Assembly (NCBI GenBank): GCA_964255285.1
Contig: CAXUUL010000040.1
Location: 1-48,932 of the forward strand
Direction of reading: 5' to 3'
From: Ionaspis alba
Lineage: Eukaryota
DNA length: 48,932 bases
The position numbers were made by a program, and so were the translations under genes. A model generated the notes under the pieces. That model did no database searches, was not told the origin of the DNA, and saw only the letters and a program-made list of their open reading frames with translations. Positions within the stretch are counted from its first letter, which is position 1. Each line of letters begins with the position of its first letter. Shown here one piece after another: positions 1 to 12,951 of this stretch.

Positions 1-465
1 CAGATAATCACACCCCCGTAACGTAGTAATTAATTAATTATTATTAAATAAATTTTTAAGGGATTATTTTATAAATTACGAATAATTTTTTTTTTAAATA
101 ATTAATTAAGCGAGCCGATAGCCTAAAATTTTTTATTATTTATTCGGGGATTCGAATCCTGTACCTATTAAATATAATTATATTTATAATTTTACGGGGA
201 ATAGGGCTCCCGGAATCAACTGGGTTAAAAACCCGATAATAATTACGTTTGACAGCGTAACCATCCCCTATTCCTTTTATTATAGCTACGGCCTTACAAA
301 TATTAAATAATAATTAAAAAGGGTTGTATTTCGAGGTAATAATTTCGGATTACATTTATTCAGGTTTATAATCTATAGAAAATAAAAAAAATAAAACTTG
401 ATTAATTATAAAAAAAATTAGTTAGGTATTATACATATAGAAGGCTGGTATCCCAGCCGTTTAAT
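1..465. mobile_element. AT-rich, RIP-like decayed transposable element remnant (runs off the window start)
   Basis: Very AT-rich with abundant TpA (taattaatta, ttattaaata); surviving C/G mostly in CC/CG contexts; no ORF; abrupt return to balanced composition at about 465 just after a GGCTGG-tatc-CCAGCC hairpin (443-458). Element family not identifiable. Confidence 0.7.
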
Positions 466-536
466 ACTTTGGACTTTGATATTTGTCATAGAAAGCCGCC
501 GCGAAGGGCTACTATGCAGAGACTAACACATTACAG

Positions 537-839
537 ATCGAACGAGTAGCGGCCATGAAAGACGGAATTCCGGCGCCGGCAAGATTCATTGGTCCCTTGA
601 GTGAAGATGTGTCTCCGGAACAGCTTTGGGAGTGTATAGATGGCTGTCTCAGCTTTCTGGATCCCGCGAAATGGTCGCTAGGACAACGCTATGACTGCAT
701 CTGCACTTAAAAGGGAAAATCAATAGACGACAGAGGATGTACGGTAACGGGAATTCTATATGTCTTCAGGTCACCATCTAGAAATCCAGATAGAAATTTC
801 AGAGTAACATGGATAGGAATGGCAACATCGACCGTATAG
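537..839 (+). pseudogene. Possible orphaned terminal exon with an internal TAA
   Basis: Branch site CTAAC (523-527) and CAG acceptor (534-536) followed by frame IERVAAMKDGIPAPARFIGPLSEDVSPEQLWECIDGCLSFLDPAKWSLGQRYDCICT*(708-710)KGKSIDDRG...FRVTWIGMATSTV*. No homolog recognised. Confidence 0.25.
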
Positions 840-2031
840 AGGTACATTAATAAGTGCCAGCGTAGCTCACTTTGTTCTCCCCAGTAGCACAAGCTTGTTT
901 GGTTTGGTTGGTTTGTATGTGTTGAGTGACCCGAGAGACAATTGGTGCAGAATTTAAGCTTTTATCAAATGAGCAACGGATCACAAATCCACTGGCTAGA
1001 TCTCCTGACATGAAGTTGCCACATTATTCAGCTGTGGATTTGGGCACAGTCTCCTCAGTTGTGTATCATGTTGCCATCCATTGTCCTAGAGAATGGTTAC
1101 GTAGTTTGTATGAAAGGGAGAGTGTCCTGATCATATCCTTTTCTCCCTTCTGGGCACATGGAAAAGGTGGTATTGCAAATGGTCCTTTGACCTATGCTTC
1201 AACATAGTGTGTGCCGGGGACGTTTCCCGACCTGCATCTTCCCTTCCAAATGTCAACATTCCCAATGGGATGATGGCTGGGAACGGATAGGGCCTCCAGA
1301 CGATACGGGGACGGCCTGGATATACGCTTTATGAAAACACAAACCTGTTGCTGGACCGCCACGATTGTCTCTCGCGAGTCGGGTGAAGAGCTTAAAAGAT
1401 GCACTGATCTTTACGTCAGCCACACCATAAGGGCAACTTGCAGAGTGTCTTCGTTCCATCGGGTCGTTAAAAGATACAAAGGTCTTTGGACAGGAGTACC
1501 ACGAATGACATGATGCCTTCATAGAGATATTCAATCCTGGGTTAGTCACTGATAGCTTGCGGGTCGTGACACTCGTTCTAGGAGCTCATAAGATGAAAAT
1601 GAGTCGGCAATGACCGCCCGTGGCGAAAGCTAAGTAATTGTTGTGTAGAATGATTGCTAGAGGCAAGATGCTCATACCTCCAAAAATGGCCGTCTCTCAT
1701 TCTCATGTTGCCAAATTTGATTGTCTAGATCACACTTTCGGTCACGCCGTCCAAGAGATATAGGGTACTGGCGAGCTTTCAATCAGTCTTTGACTTGCTT
1801 GACGCGACCACCGCGTTTTGCCACCACGTCCATGTGGGATCAATCACCGCCTAAGCTGCACGTGTTGTGGAGGAACCCTACTACGCACCTGTGTTAATAT
1901 GATCAAACGATGGATCTTCCCATTGTAGCACCACAATCAGACCACTCATCTTGAAAGAGGCACCCACATTTCCCTTACTCCTTCACTTCAATCAACCATC
2001 AAAGTCCGTTTAGCTCCCAGCCTCTCTGACA

Positions 2032-2652
2032 ATGTCTCACTTCCCCGGCCAACCAGCGCCAGCTCCTGCTATGACTCAACTGGGCAGAACCGCGCCAAGC
2101 ACCGAGACATGGGCGCAAAGGACCTCGCTCTACACGCTCGTCGTGAATCCCAACTGCCATCCCGAAACCAGACTCAACGTCCTCATCGCGCTGCTGAAGG
2201 ACTTCAATTTCCCTGACTTTTTCAACATGGTCCTTCCGGTGATGGAGTTGACCGAGCGCCGAAAGTTCGAAAAAGCGCTAGAGATCAAGGAGAACTGTGA
2301 GGGAGAGAGGTTCAACATTGTCAAAGCAGAATTCGAAGAAAAAACCCAGGTGCTTGCGTACCGCCGCGCGATGATCTTGAAGGTCCGTGGCGCCTTGGTG
2401 GCAATGCAGAAACGCTTGCAACGCCAAGTAAGTTGATACGTACTCTTCAATACCATAAAGCATGACTCAGGAAAAGACACTGATTCGACATAGGTCAACG
2501 CGATCCAGAAAGACGGATACTGGCTCAAGGAAGAATACCCCGAGCTCCATGAAGACGACCCATCGATGGAGGACTTTGAAAGTCTGCAAGACTTCCTGGT
2601 CTATCCTGAAGCGCCAGCGGAAACTTCAGCGGGACATTTCCAGAAGCAATGA
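2032..2652 (+). CDS. Hypothetical protein (~184 aa, 2 exons: 2032-2427, 2494-2652)
   Basis: ATG after a CT/CA-rich leader; GTAAGT donor at 2428, CTGAT branch and TAG acceptor at 2493; spliced frame continues VNAIQKDGYWLKEEYPELHEDDPSMEDF...QKQ*. No domain recognised. Confidence 0.6.
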
Positions 2653-3739
2653 GCGCGAATACCGTGGGATGATGTGGACGCTGTGGTAAAGATGGCACAG
2701 CAGATGCGGGGCATCTTTCGATCATTACACAGCTCCATGTTCTGTCATCTCATACATGTCTGTGTGCTCAAATTGTTTCTCTTTTTCAACATACTACTCA
2801 AGAAAGGAGGCGAGTACAGAAAGGTCCGGCATGTACTGTATGGGATCTGCTGAGCACTGGTTCATCGGAATGGACGTCCGCAATTCAGCACCTGAAATAT
2901 CTTGAAGTTTCGAATCTCGTAGTATGAACTTATAGGAGATGACTGTCGTTCTCTGGCTCATCTTCTCAAGCTCATGAACCCTCTATTCGAAGAAGTCTAC
3001 ACGTTATGCCAACGCCAAGACCAAGCTCCACCCCTGCCCGTCCTTCCCGAATCCAGCTTAGCCCAGTCGCACCTACGCTAAGAAATTTCTCCGATAAAAG
3101 TTCCTCGGGCCTCTGGCTCATCTTCTGTCTACATCATCAGTAGTAAAATTACCTTTTACTAGATGGGAGCTCCGCTTCGGCGGCTTGCTGAGGGCTATTC
3201 TGATGAGCTCCTTCCCCTTCACTGGGGGCTGGAGTTCTCCTGTGGGTTTCCTTCCGTTCCCGGCTCCTTCGAGGAATTGTTTTGCCTTCGTTTCTTCCTA
3301 AACAATTGCGCGCCTAGATTGGTGGGGCGGAGTTGTGGGATGGATGCTACAGATATCCGCGAGACATGTGAGCCTAAGGAAGCTTGCATGAGGCTGGGAA
3401 GGTCTGCGTTTGTGGACGTGCCGGTGCACACAAATTCGTAGAAAGGTCTTCTCGAAAGAATTGAGCTCCAGGCCTACTAGATTTCTCGTGTAAACCAATA
3501 GAACTTTTCCATATTGATTGGCAGACTGATACTTAATTTTATCATACGAATTACGAGTTCTTACGAGAAGGAAGCTTGCCAACGTGAGGACAACTTATGG
3601 TGGTAAGGTTCAGAGCGTACAGATCGTGGAGTATTTGAGCATACAGTATTCCATAACTAGACGACTGCGCTAACATCGCAAGCTATGATGGTTTGACTCT
3701 TGCATGCTAACGCTGTTCTGATAAGGAACTGACCGCTGT

Positions 3740-4573
3740 CTAGTAGAGACGCTTTGGCTTGGACATGGAAGCCTTGATGGTCAAGCTTCCAACGTTCTGC
3801 CACCCCTTCTTCAACAAGCTGACCAAGTAATTGATAGCCAACATGATATTTGAGATGAGCTCGTCTTCTGTCATGCCCACATTCCCGACGGCAACACCCA
3901 AGCACAGTACCTTCTTCAGCTGGAACTTGATTGTAGACTTGACCTCGGTAACCTTAGCGGCGAGATCCTCGTTGTGGGATATGGGCGTAGGGAATTTTCC
4001 AGCTGGATTCAACGTCAGTGCTACCAGAAGGAAAAGTCTATGAGATGTCTCACCTTTGGAAAGACCGGGACCCAAGAGACGGGGAATGAGTCTCATAACA
4101 GTATCAGAGGCAACGAAGGCATCGTATTTACGGGCGAGTTTCTTCACTAGCTTCTTATTCTTGTTGAGCTTCTTGAGATCGTCGGCGGACATGGCATCAA
4201 TGCCGTGATGCTTTGCTCGATCGATATCGTGTTGGTCACCAAGAACGCTGCCGGAGACGTTGAGTTAGTCTTGTACCCTATAGACATGTCCATCCGGATT
4301 CCATCCTCTGCGGTTAACATACCAAATGGTCATTCCAGGCCGGGGAACGCGAGGTAGCTTAACCGTTCCGGAGAAACGCTTGTCACGCTGAGGGTCATAG
4401 TTCTTAAGGCCGATCTGAAGCTCCACCGTTTCGAGGAAATTACGCTTCTTCTCGTTGGTCGAGTAGTCGAGTAATTGTTGTACGTTCGTGCGCACTCCGG
4501 CTATGGAAATAATCAGTGAAGGTCTGAAACAAGCTCGATGCGATCATAGCTTACCGACTGTGATTTTCGACAT
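3740..4573 (-). CDS. RPL1: 60S ribosomal protein uL1 (L1/L10a); exons 4573-4555, 4500-4323, 4247-4054, 4002-3740
   Basis: MSKITVAGVR...[31 protein letters not shown]...[20 protein letters not shown]...[18 protein letters not shown]...[12 protein letters not shown]; canonical GT-AG introns restore one frame. Confidence 0.98.
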
Positions 4574-4814
4574 TATGAGTACAGTCTTCCAGAAGAATGG
4601 TTAGTTCTTTTGGTGAGGATTTGCGCAATTGCTGATTCAATATCAAAGTGCGTGGGGCTCATGAAATGTGTGGCGAGTCTACTGCACTAGATACCTGACT
4701 AAGCTAAATCGGGGTCTAGTACCTTTCACACTATCGACCGTCTAACGAACTTAAAGCGCAGATCGAACACTGTCGACGGACAGATATTGAATATTACAAG
4801 CCATTCATCAATAT

Positions 4815-5489
4815 TCATATGCTTTGGTGTCCCATGTGTACTGTTATAGACATTGTCATGAAGTCTCGAGTCTCGCCCCCAATTTGACATTCGTCCTCGC
4901 TCTGGATCTCGAAACCACAACTTGAGTACAATGCTCGAGCTCCTTCATTCCACGAATCCACGTGAATTACTACCTTACTCGAATAGATTCCACTGGCTGC
5001 TGCAACTCTCTTGATTTGTTCTAACGCTCTCTCGATGAGTGCCTTTCCGAGTCCTTGCCGACGTGCACCAGGATGAACGAACAGTGCATTGAGTTGGTAC
5101 CATGTCTCTAACGTTCTGACTTCCATGGACCGTAAATTGGTTGGAGGGAACGGACTCCGCGTATTAGCAGCACTCGTTGCGTCTGGAGTCTCATAACCTT
5201 GCTTCTCGAGAATCACAATCAAGCCGGCCCAGTCCCCTGGCGAGAGGGCTACAATGGTTGCTTTCTCGTCTTCTAAGAGAACCGTAGCAACGATGTGTCT
5301 TGCCGCCTCGTCCTGCAAGCGCTGGAGCCACACGTTAAACGGGAACTCCACCTCTTGCTCAAATGTAGAAGTATATGCATTAGGTGAGCTCTGTAAAGCC
5401 AAAAGCCTGAACTGACGAAAGGTCTGTGCCAGTGTTTGCAATGTGTCAGCGTCCGCTATTTTCGGCAGAAGAGTAATCTCAAAATGCAT
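4815..5489 (-). CDS. GNAT-family acetyltransferase (224 aa, intronless)
   Basis: Acetyl-CoA motif A LFVHPGARRQGLGKALI and motif B NEGARALYSSCGF; N-terminal FRLLALQSSPNAYTSTFEQE typical of fungal GNATs. Confidence 0.9.
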   Translation of the reverse strand: MHFEITLLPKIADADTLQTLAQTFRQFRLLALQSSPNAYTSTFEQEVEFPFNVWLQRLQDEAARHIVATVLLEDEKATIVALSPGDWAGLIVILEKQGYETPDATSAANTRSPFPPTNLRSMEVRTLETWYQLNALFVHPGARRQGLGKALIERALEQIKRVAAASGIYSSKVVIHVDSWNEGARALYSSCGFEIQSEDECQIGGETRDFMTMSITVHMGHQSI

Positions 5490-5955
5490 GGCGACCTTGT
5501 CAGCTAGGAGGGACGTAAACAGGGATTTTCGAGTGTAACGTCTCGTTGATCCAAATCAACAAGCACCACCGTTCAGAAACGAGGTGATTGACTATAAATT
5601 ACTCTTGTGCTTCTGCACATTATTTGATCTCAGCAGTCGATGATATTTCTGCGCTACCAACTATCAGGCGCCTTCGGGTCACTTAGGCGCCGGGATCCGC
5701 TACGGGGGCGGCTTGGCGTGGCTGAAGCAATAGATTTCCTATAATAGGTAGGGCTGCGGCTGATAGTGTGACCTCCATTTTTCGAGTCCATCTGATGGCG
5801 CTGTATGACTCGAGCGGCCTCATAATCGAGGAGTGCTGTCTCTATTTTACTCGACTGTATCATGACTTTCTGCTTTCTGCTCGACAGCGCATTGTCGGAC
5901 GCCACCATTCTTTGACTTCTGTGCGCCGCTTCTACAATACATCTCATTCCTTATA

Positions 5956-8057
5956 ATGTCCGAAGCTGAGCATGGTGCTGTTTGGGTCGACCTTGACGAG
6001 CCTTCAATTTTACAGAACCTCCAAGATTCGATATCGTTGTTGAAGTGCCGAAATTTTGTGGTTGAGTTCACTCCCACGAAGGCTCGATGCGCCGTGGATT
6101 TAAATCGTGATGGTATCTATGAAACACTTGAATCCGAGGTGTGCAAGCCTGACAAAGCGTCCATGAGACGGTCATATTTGATTTCTTCGTCGATTGCTCA
6201 ATTTTACTGATTTTTGGCAATAAAGCGCCTCGAAGGCCCCAGGACAAGATGGATGTATGCAGTCCATGACCACTAATCAGAATCTCACTAACTGTGGAAG
6301 CAACATCTGGACTCCGGAGCAGCAGAAGGACGAACTGAAGGTCAGTTAATGTCATGCTGTCATCATGTCTCAAAGTTGACTCAGTACGAGGTCATCGCCG
6401 GCCACTATAAGTTTTCTCCACGTCTGCTTGGACTAATGGGCTGTGATCCTTTAAAGCCTAAACCTGTCATTACCGAACCCCCACGGACTTCTTTTAGAGA
6501 CATGTGGTACCATCCAAAAGATCGCAAGGAGGTGCAGCGTTACCAGAGCGTTCAAGGGCGCAAAGCTCTAGTCCCCAATGCAGATCCGGAAAAGGCGGGA
6601 GATTCGTCTTCAGTCTCATCAAACGAAGCCAAGACGCTGGACCTCAACCACTACAACCTCATCAACGAAGTTTGGTATTATTGCTCTGTCGATCGAGGAC
6701 CCAGATGTGAGCAGCACGCCTGTTCTTTCCAGTCGTCGCTCACCAAAATATAGATCTCTGCATCGGATATAACTCCCTTCATAATACGACGGCTTCTACA
6801 AGAAAAGGTGACTTGTCTAACAGAAGTAATCTAGATAAGCCAGCTGGGAAGCGAGTATGGACTTGGTTAGTTCTTTGCGATGATGGTTTGTGTCCTTGGA
6901 AGTATAGTCCTGCTTTTTGCTCTAATATGACACATGTAGGGACTGTTATATCCATCCATGAGAACCCGTACCCGAATCATAGCAGCAATTTAAGCACAGA
7001 AGAAGCAGAAGATTTGACGACTATCCGAGGTAATTTGGTCAATGTGTTCAAGCAGCTCTCCAAAGCGAACGAGTCCGATCCAATATTGGCTCTACCGATT
7101 CGGTTTGGTCTCAACCCCGCCAACTCTAGCAAGACAGATTTCGCAGACCCTTCAGATGCTCCGAGCCTTCTCTTCTACTACATCTTTGACGATTGGCGCA
7201 CTAGCTATGGGCTGGTATCAAGAAGTGAACATCAGTATGGCAGTCACTTAGAGTGTCTGGTACGTAAAGGTTGAAGTGTAGGTGAGCTGCTGCTAACAAT
7301 CTGTAGCGAAGTAAGATGTTCACTACAGCCGAGCTGGGTAATGTGAATGAGCTCCATCATTACGGTCGCCAGCTAGCGGTCCTCAAACGCATTTATTCCA
7401 GCTATGACATTATCATCGATCGTATCCTAGCCGGACCCAAGTCAGCTGAGAAACAACAATTGCCACAGACAGATGCAGCCAAAGCAGCTACTCCCGTTCA
7501 CACAAATCAGGCTCAAGTCCCGGTCGCAGGGGATGTGGGTCTGAGCACAGCATCGGATGGCGTCTCCGTGACGACTGCAGCTAGCAATCGGTTCGAGCGA
7601 CTGAAGGACCGGATAAGTCTCTTCGCTCTGAGCGAGATTCAGGATTGCATCGACGAGAAGGAGGCTCTAGTTTTATTGGTATGCTCGCCCATCTTTTGTG
7701 CATCATAATCCTATGCTCAATGGTGTGCAGAACTTCAATCTCATCGCTATAAAGCAATCTTCAGCAGTCGATCGTCTGACTCGAATCACGATTCTCCTGG
7801 CCAAAGTCAGCATCCTCTTCATGCCTGTCAGTCTGATGACGGCATACTTCACAGTGCAGATTGCTACGTATACAGCTGTACAATACTGGGTATCTTTCGC
7901 TGTTATATTTTTCTCTTCCTTTCTCTTCCTTGTTGTGTTCGGCCAATTGAGTGGCACGCAAGAGACGAAGCCGATCTACAGGTCGTTTACCAGGACATTT
8001 TATGACGCTTCGAAGAAGTACCTGCGTTCGAAGTCCGAAACAGGTACACAGAAGTGA
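5956..8057 (+). CDS. Fungal CorA-like membrane protein, ~8 exons (5956-6138, 6226-6254, 6301-6340, ~6385-6706, 6754-6885, 6940-7259, 7307-7678, 7731-8057)
   Basis: Spliced segments RNFVVEF, RWINIW, YKFSPRLLGLM, KRVWTWLVLCDDGTVISIHE, LLFYYIFDDW, a coiled-coil stalk and two C-terminal TM helices (RLTRITILLAKVSILFMPVSLMTAYFTVQI...YWVSFAVIFFSSFLFLVVFG) in CorA arrangement. The acceptor of exon 4 is uncertain. Confidence 0.75.
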
Positions 8058-8071
8058 GAGTGAGAGCTTGG

Positions 8072-8171
8072 NNNNNNNNNNNNNNNNNNNNNNNNNNNNN
8101 NNNNNNNNNNNNNNNNNNNNNNNNNNNNNNNNNNNNNNNNNNNNNNNNNNNNNNNNNNNNNNNNNNNNNNN
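8072..8171. other. Scaffold gap (100 N) with exact 55-bp flanking duplication
   Basis: 8017-8071 is identical to 8172-8226. Confidence 0.95.
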
Positions 8172-8821
8172 AGTACCTGCGTTCGAAGTCCGAAACAGGT
8201 ACACAGAAGTGAGAGTGAGAGCTTGGAAATGATCAATAATTCTCTCTTTCTAGAGAAGTCGCATACGTGGGGCAATGTTCGCATGGGGGTTGGAAGGCGT
8301 TCAGCAGGGTTCATCTAAAAGGACCATTGTGGTAGAGCTGGTTGTAAAGCGTTAGGAGCCGTTTGGAAACATGTCTCATGCATCGGAGATATAGAGTCAT
8401 TACGAAGAATTTGAACAACTGTCAGCTCTGCTGTACTCTGACTACATTTGTCCACTTCGGGGATCCTTTGTTGTTGCCTACAACGTAGATCGAGTTTCAA
8501 ACTCAACGTGGCATCATGCTCTAGGCCACAAACGTATTCATAAGTACAATTGTGTCTCCTCAGCCAGGCTAAGACTCATCCTCTATAGTGATAAAGGACT
8601 AGTCGACTTTACAACTGGAGAATATAGTCCCACTAACCGTGGTGAGCTCTGAAGAAAGCTTGCTTATTCGCTTAAATCACGTGTGTTAGGACCCAACTAA
8701 AAATTGCACGACTGCTGTCCTCTCTACCCGACGATAGTCGACTTTGCCATCAGCCTTTGCAGCTACATCACACCCGGCGCCTTTTACAAGCCTATTCTTG
8801 TTCCTGAAATCAACAGATAAG

Positions 8822-9030
8822 GTATGCTCGAACCAAGATCAATTCCAGTCGCTTTTTCCTAGTCTCTTTATTGTTGCCTGGGTTCGTCCTTTGCGAACAA
8901 AGGCCGAGTAGTCAGCATGCAATGCTGCACTCTCCATTGCAGCCCTTGTCACTAGCAGCACAACTTGTTGTTGAGGCGCATTAGACAACAGTACCTGAAG
9001 ACGATCCGGTGCTGACGACTTGTCTGACAG
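8822..9030 (+). other. Probable 5'-UTR intron of ARF1
   Basis: GTATGC donor at 8822 after a CT-rich leader; GCTGAC branch at ~9011 and CAG acceptor at 9028-9030, upstream of the ATG at 9115. Confidence 0.55.
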
Positions 9031-9033
9031 TGA

Positions 9034-9834
<801 letters not shown>

Positions 9835-10275
9835 AGTAGGAAGAAGTCAATTATGGAACCAAGAGAATGGACAATGCTATCTCCCTCGAAGTCTCAAATT
9901 TCACCCTCCTCTCGAACCGTCTCTCGAACCATTCTCCTTCCGCAAATCGAAGTGCTTTGCCTAGTCTGTTGTTCTGCATACGGCGTAGGTAAACGGTCGG
10001 ATTGCTTTCCCCACATCTTCCCCTGGTCTACGATATGTTGGTAAAGTTGCTGCGGACATGGATGGTCCGAGCTTTGTTATCGGCGTGTCCGATTGCATAG
10101 TTTGGGCTCTCTGTTTGCCGTGTGTGGTTTGTAGGAGGGAATTGTTCATGTGGTATGAAACGGTGTTTTTCTTCTTTACTGGGCAGACAGACAAAATGCT
10201 AGATCCGTTGACTACATTGCTACAAGTATCTGTGTGAGGTGTTACCTAAGAGTTTTGGACACTTGATGTGAACGC

Positions 10276-10744
10276 TAGGTGGAAGGAACCAAGTTCGAAA
10301 ATTCCAGCGAACGCAAATAGTCGCTCCTCGTGTCATGCTTGGAGCAGAAGAAGAAGACATCGTTGTAGAGAGCTTCTTGTCACCTCTGGAAACGACACTA
10401 CCGGTGAAGCCTCAGAATTTGAGGCTCTCAGCTTCAAAGGTAACCGTGTGACCTTACGAGGTTTCAGAGCCAACGCGTAAGAACGAGCTGGCGCTCCTAC
10501 CCTTCCTTAGAGCACGAAAGGAGCCGTCGGATAAAACAAGTCTCTCAAATAGCCACTGTTCCTGAATAGTTTGACCGTGTAAACAGGCAATGCTCTTTGA
10601 CAGCTCCGGTTCCGCCGACAGCTCAGCCTTGACCAGGAGAGTCCGCACCCTGCCAGCATGCACTTTTGTCTCTGCTGCCTCTTCATCCCAACGCTGGGTC
10701 CTAGATGTCGCACAATAATTCCTGTATGTATCCTCACTTCCCAT
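10276..10744 (-). pseudogene. Possible degenerate F-box/LRR-like gene remnant
   Basis: ORF 10454-10744 (SKSIACL...EQWLFERLVLSD) resembles the post-F-box 'LF..I.L' segment and ends at a GTAAGG donor; a downstream frame gives LYNDVFFFCSKHDTRSDYLRSLEFSNLVPST*. Weak. Confidence 0.2.
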
Positions 10745-10979
10745 GTGCTTCGGCCCGAGTCTCAGGCTTTTTCACTCTGCAGGAGCCCGAATCATTTCTT
10801 ACTGTGACTGGGGGCTCGTGGAAAGCACGTTTAGCACCGGAATAGATGGGGTTCCTCGTTTTAGGTTAAGGTCGGTTCAGGTAAGTGATCCCATGACAAT
10901 TGGGGATCAAACTGTGTAAGAGTTTGGCATTACTGGGGAAGAAACTAGCAAAGTGGGCTTCAACTTGTTAACGGACATA

Positions 10980-11079
10980 NNNNNNNNNNNNNNNNNNNNN
11001 NNNNNNNNNNNNNNNNNNNNNNNNNNNNNNNNNNNNNNNNNNNNNNNNNNNNNNNNNNNNNNNNNNNNNNNNNNNNNNN
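10980..11079. other. Scaffold gap (100 N)
   Basis: Run of N. Confidence 0.95.
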
Positions 11080-11980
11080 AATGATTCTGGTGTGGACGAA
11101 ACATGTAGCTTATCTCACACAAGCATTTTCAAGGAATGGTTCGAGACGTCAGACCGACTATTAAGGCGTGGTCTCTCATCCGCGAAACGTTCTGATCTAC
11201 CTTGACCTGTGTCACAATAATCTGAATCCTGGAAGTTTCCCTTTCGGAATTGGCTGTCCCAGAATAGCCTTAGGCGCGGGAAGCTGATGCACGATCACGG
11301 AATACTTTTAGGTCCACAACATTTGAAGGCGCAGAGTCTTGGATGTTGTCGTGCACAGCGGGTAATCAACAAGAAGCTGCAACAAGGATGCCCAATCATG
11401 ACAATAATAGTAGCAGTCATCAATCCAGAGAGCAAAGAACCCCTATGACCATCCAACTCCGCTAACAGACCTGGACCCAAGTGATGATGTCGTTGCATCC
11501 TGTTTCATTTGAGCCGTAAGCCGTCAATCGACAAGATTTTAGTGCAGTTGTGGTTGAGATCCATTCCGGCTGCGCCAATCAAAAGCCACGAGCAGCCCCG
11601 AAACGAGATTCACACCACCCGCCCCCGGGGTAAATAAAGCTTCTCCCCAGCCAGCCAGAAGGCCAACCTCTCCTCGCCCCTTCCTTCGCCTTTCTATTTC
11701 TCCACCGCTCAGCCATCCCGACAAGCTTTCTCTTTCACTACTTCTTGCTTCATCTCCTCATTCTGTCTCTCGTTTTTCTGACTCCGTACTAATATTTGAC
11801 AGTCCAGCCTCAATTGATAATCGCGTGAGTCTTTCAATCTTCCCCTCACTTTTCTCAATTGCGAAGCTTTGACGAGCAAAAGCCCTCATCGCAACGCTCA
11901 CCAAGTCAGGAACCATCACTAACATCCTTGTTTCTCCACCACAGCACCACTTCCACTCACTCAACAACACCAATTCCAAA

Positions 11981-12813
11981 ATGCATTCCACCACCTTCCT
12001 CGCCGTCGCCCTTACCGGCCTCACCCTCGCCACCGCACAATCGATCTCCGGCCCCGTCGTCCCCGGCACAACCGGCAAGCTCGGCGACGCCGCCATCACC
12101 GAGAAGAACCCTTCCGGCGTAACATACCAAGCCATTCTCCCCGACAGTCGAACATCATCCATTCGCGGCTACGTTGCCGGAACATCCAACACCAATGGCA
12201 CCGGCGTACAATTCAACATCAACATCTACGGTCTCCCAGATCCATCCCTAGGACCCTTCAGTATGTCACCTTGCTTTCCACTGAGATGATGTGTGTGTTG
12301 TCGTTGTTGAAGAGTGGTTGCTAATAAAGGAATTAGTGTACCACATCCACGACCAACCGGTCCCTGCCGACGGCAACTGCACAGGCACAAAAGCGCATCT
12401 CGACCCGTACATCCGCGGCGAGAAGCCTCCATGCGACCCGACTATGCCCCAGATGTGCCAGGTTGGCGATCTGTCCGGCAAGCATGGAAACATCACTGCG
12501 AGCCCCTTCCAGACAACGTGAGTCTTGGACATCCTATCTACCCTTGAAGTCAAGAGTGCACGTACTAATGTGACTATTCAGCTATCTCGAGCTCTACACC
12601 TCCACTCTCAAAGGCCCCGGCGCGTTCTTCGGCAACCGCTCCATCGTTATCCATACTAGCAATGCGACCCGTCTCACTTGTGCGAACTTCACGCTTGTGG
12701 CTGGGAACGAGACATCGGCGCCCCTGCCGACGGGTGGCTTTACGGGCGGAGCGGCGACGAAGTTCGTTAGTGCGGGCGCGGTGGTCGCGGGTGTGATGGC
12801 TTTCTTTCTGTAG
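11981..12813 (+). CDS. SOD5: Secreted GPI-anchored Cu-only superoxide dismutase (SOD4/5/6 type); exons 11981-12260, 12337-12517, 12582-12813
   Basis: Signal peptide MHSTTFLAVALTGLTLATA; GPFMYHIH, NCTGTKAHLDPY, CQVGDLSGKHG, FFGNRSIVIH, RLTCANF; hydrophobic C-terminal GPI signal (GGAATKFVSAGAVVAGVMAFFL). Confidence 0.9.
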
Positions 12814-12851
12814 GCTGTTGATGTGTGGAGCGGAGGTTTGAGCGAGAGACA

Positions 12852-12951
12852 NNNNNNNNNNNNNNNNNNNNNNNNNNNNNNNNNNNNNNNNNNNNNNNNN
12901 NNNNNNNNNNNNNNNNNNNNNNNNNNNNNNNNNNNNNNNNNNNNNNNNNNN
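12852..12951. other. Scaffold gap (100 N)
   Basis: Run of N. Confidence 0.95.

Noticed and set aside
926..1620. Short ORFs between the repeat and the 2032 gene
   Set aside because: No recognisable motifs, stops in all frames, no consistent splice model.
2951..3126. 16-bp direct repeat CTCTGGCTCATCTTCT (2951-2966 and 3111-3126) and nearby short ORFs
   Set aside because: Only two copies, no coherent spliced gene or element structure could be built.
8017..8226. 55-bp direct repeats as LTR, TSD or CRISPR-like repeats
   Set aside because: Identical length at three gaps with unrelated sequences indicates an assembler overlap artefact.
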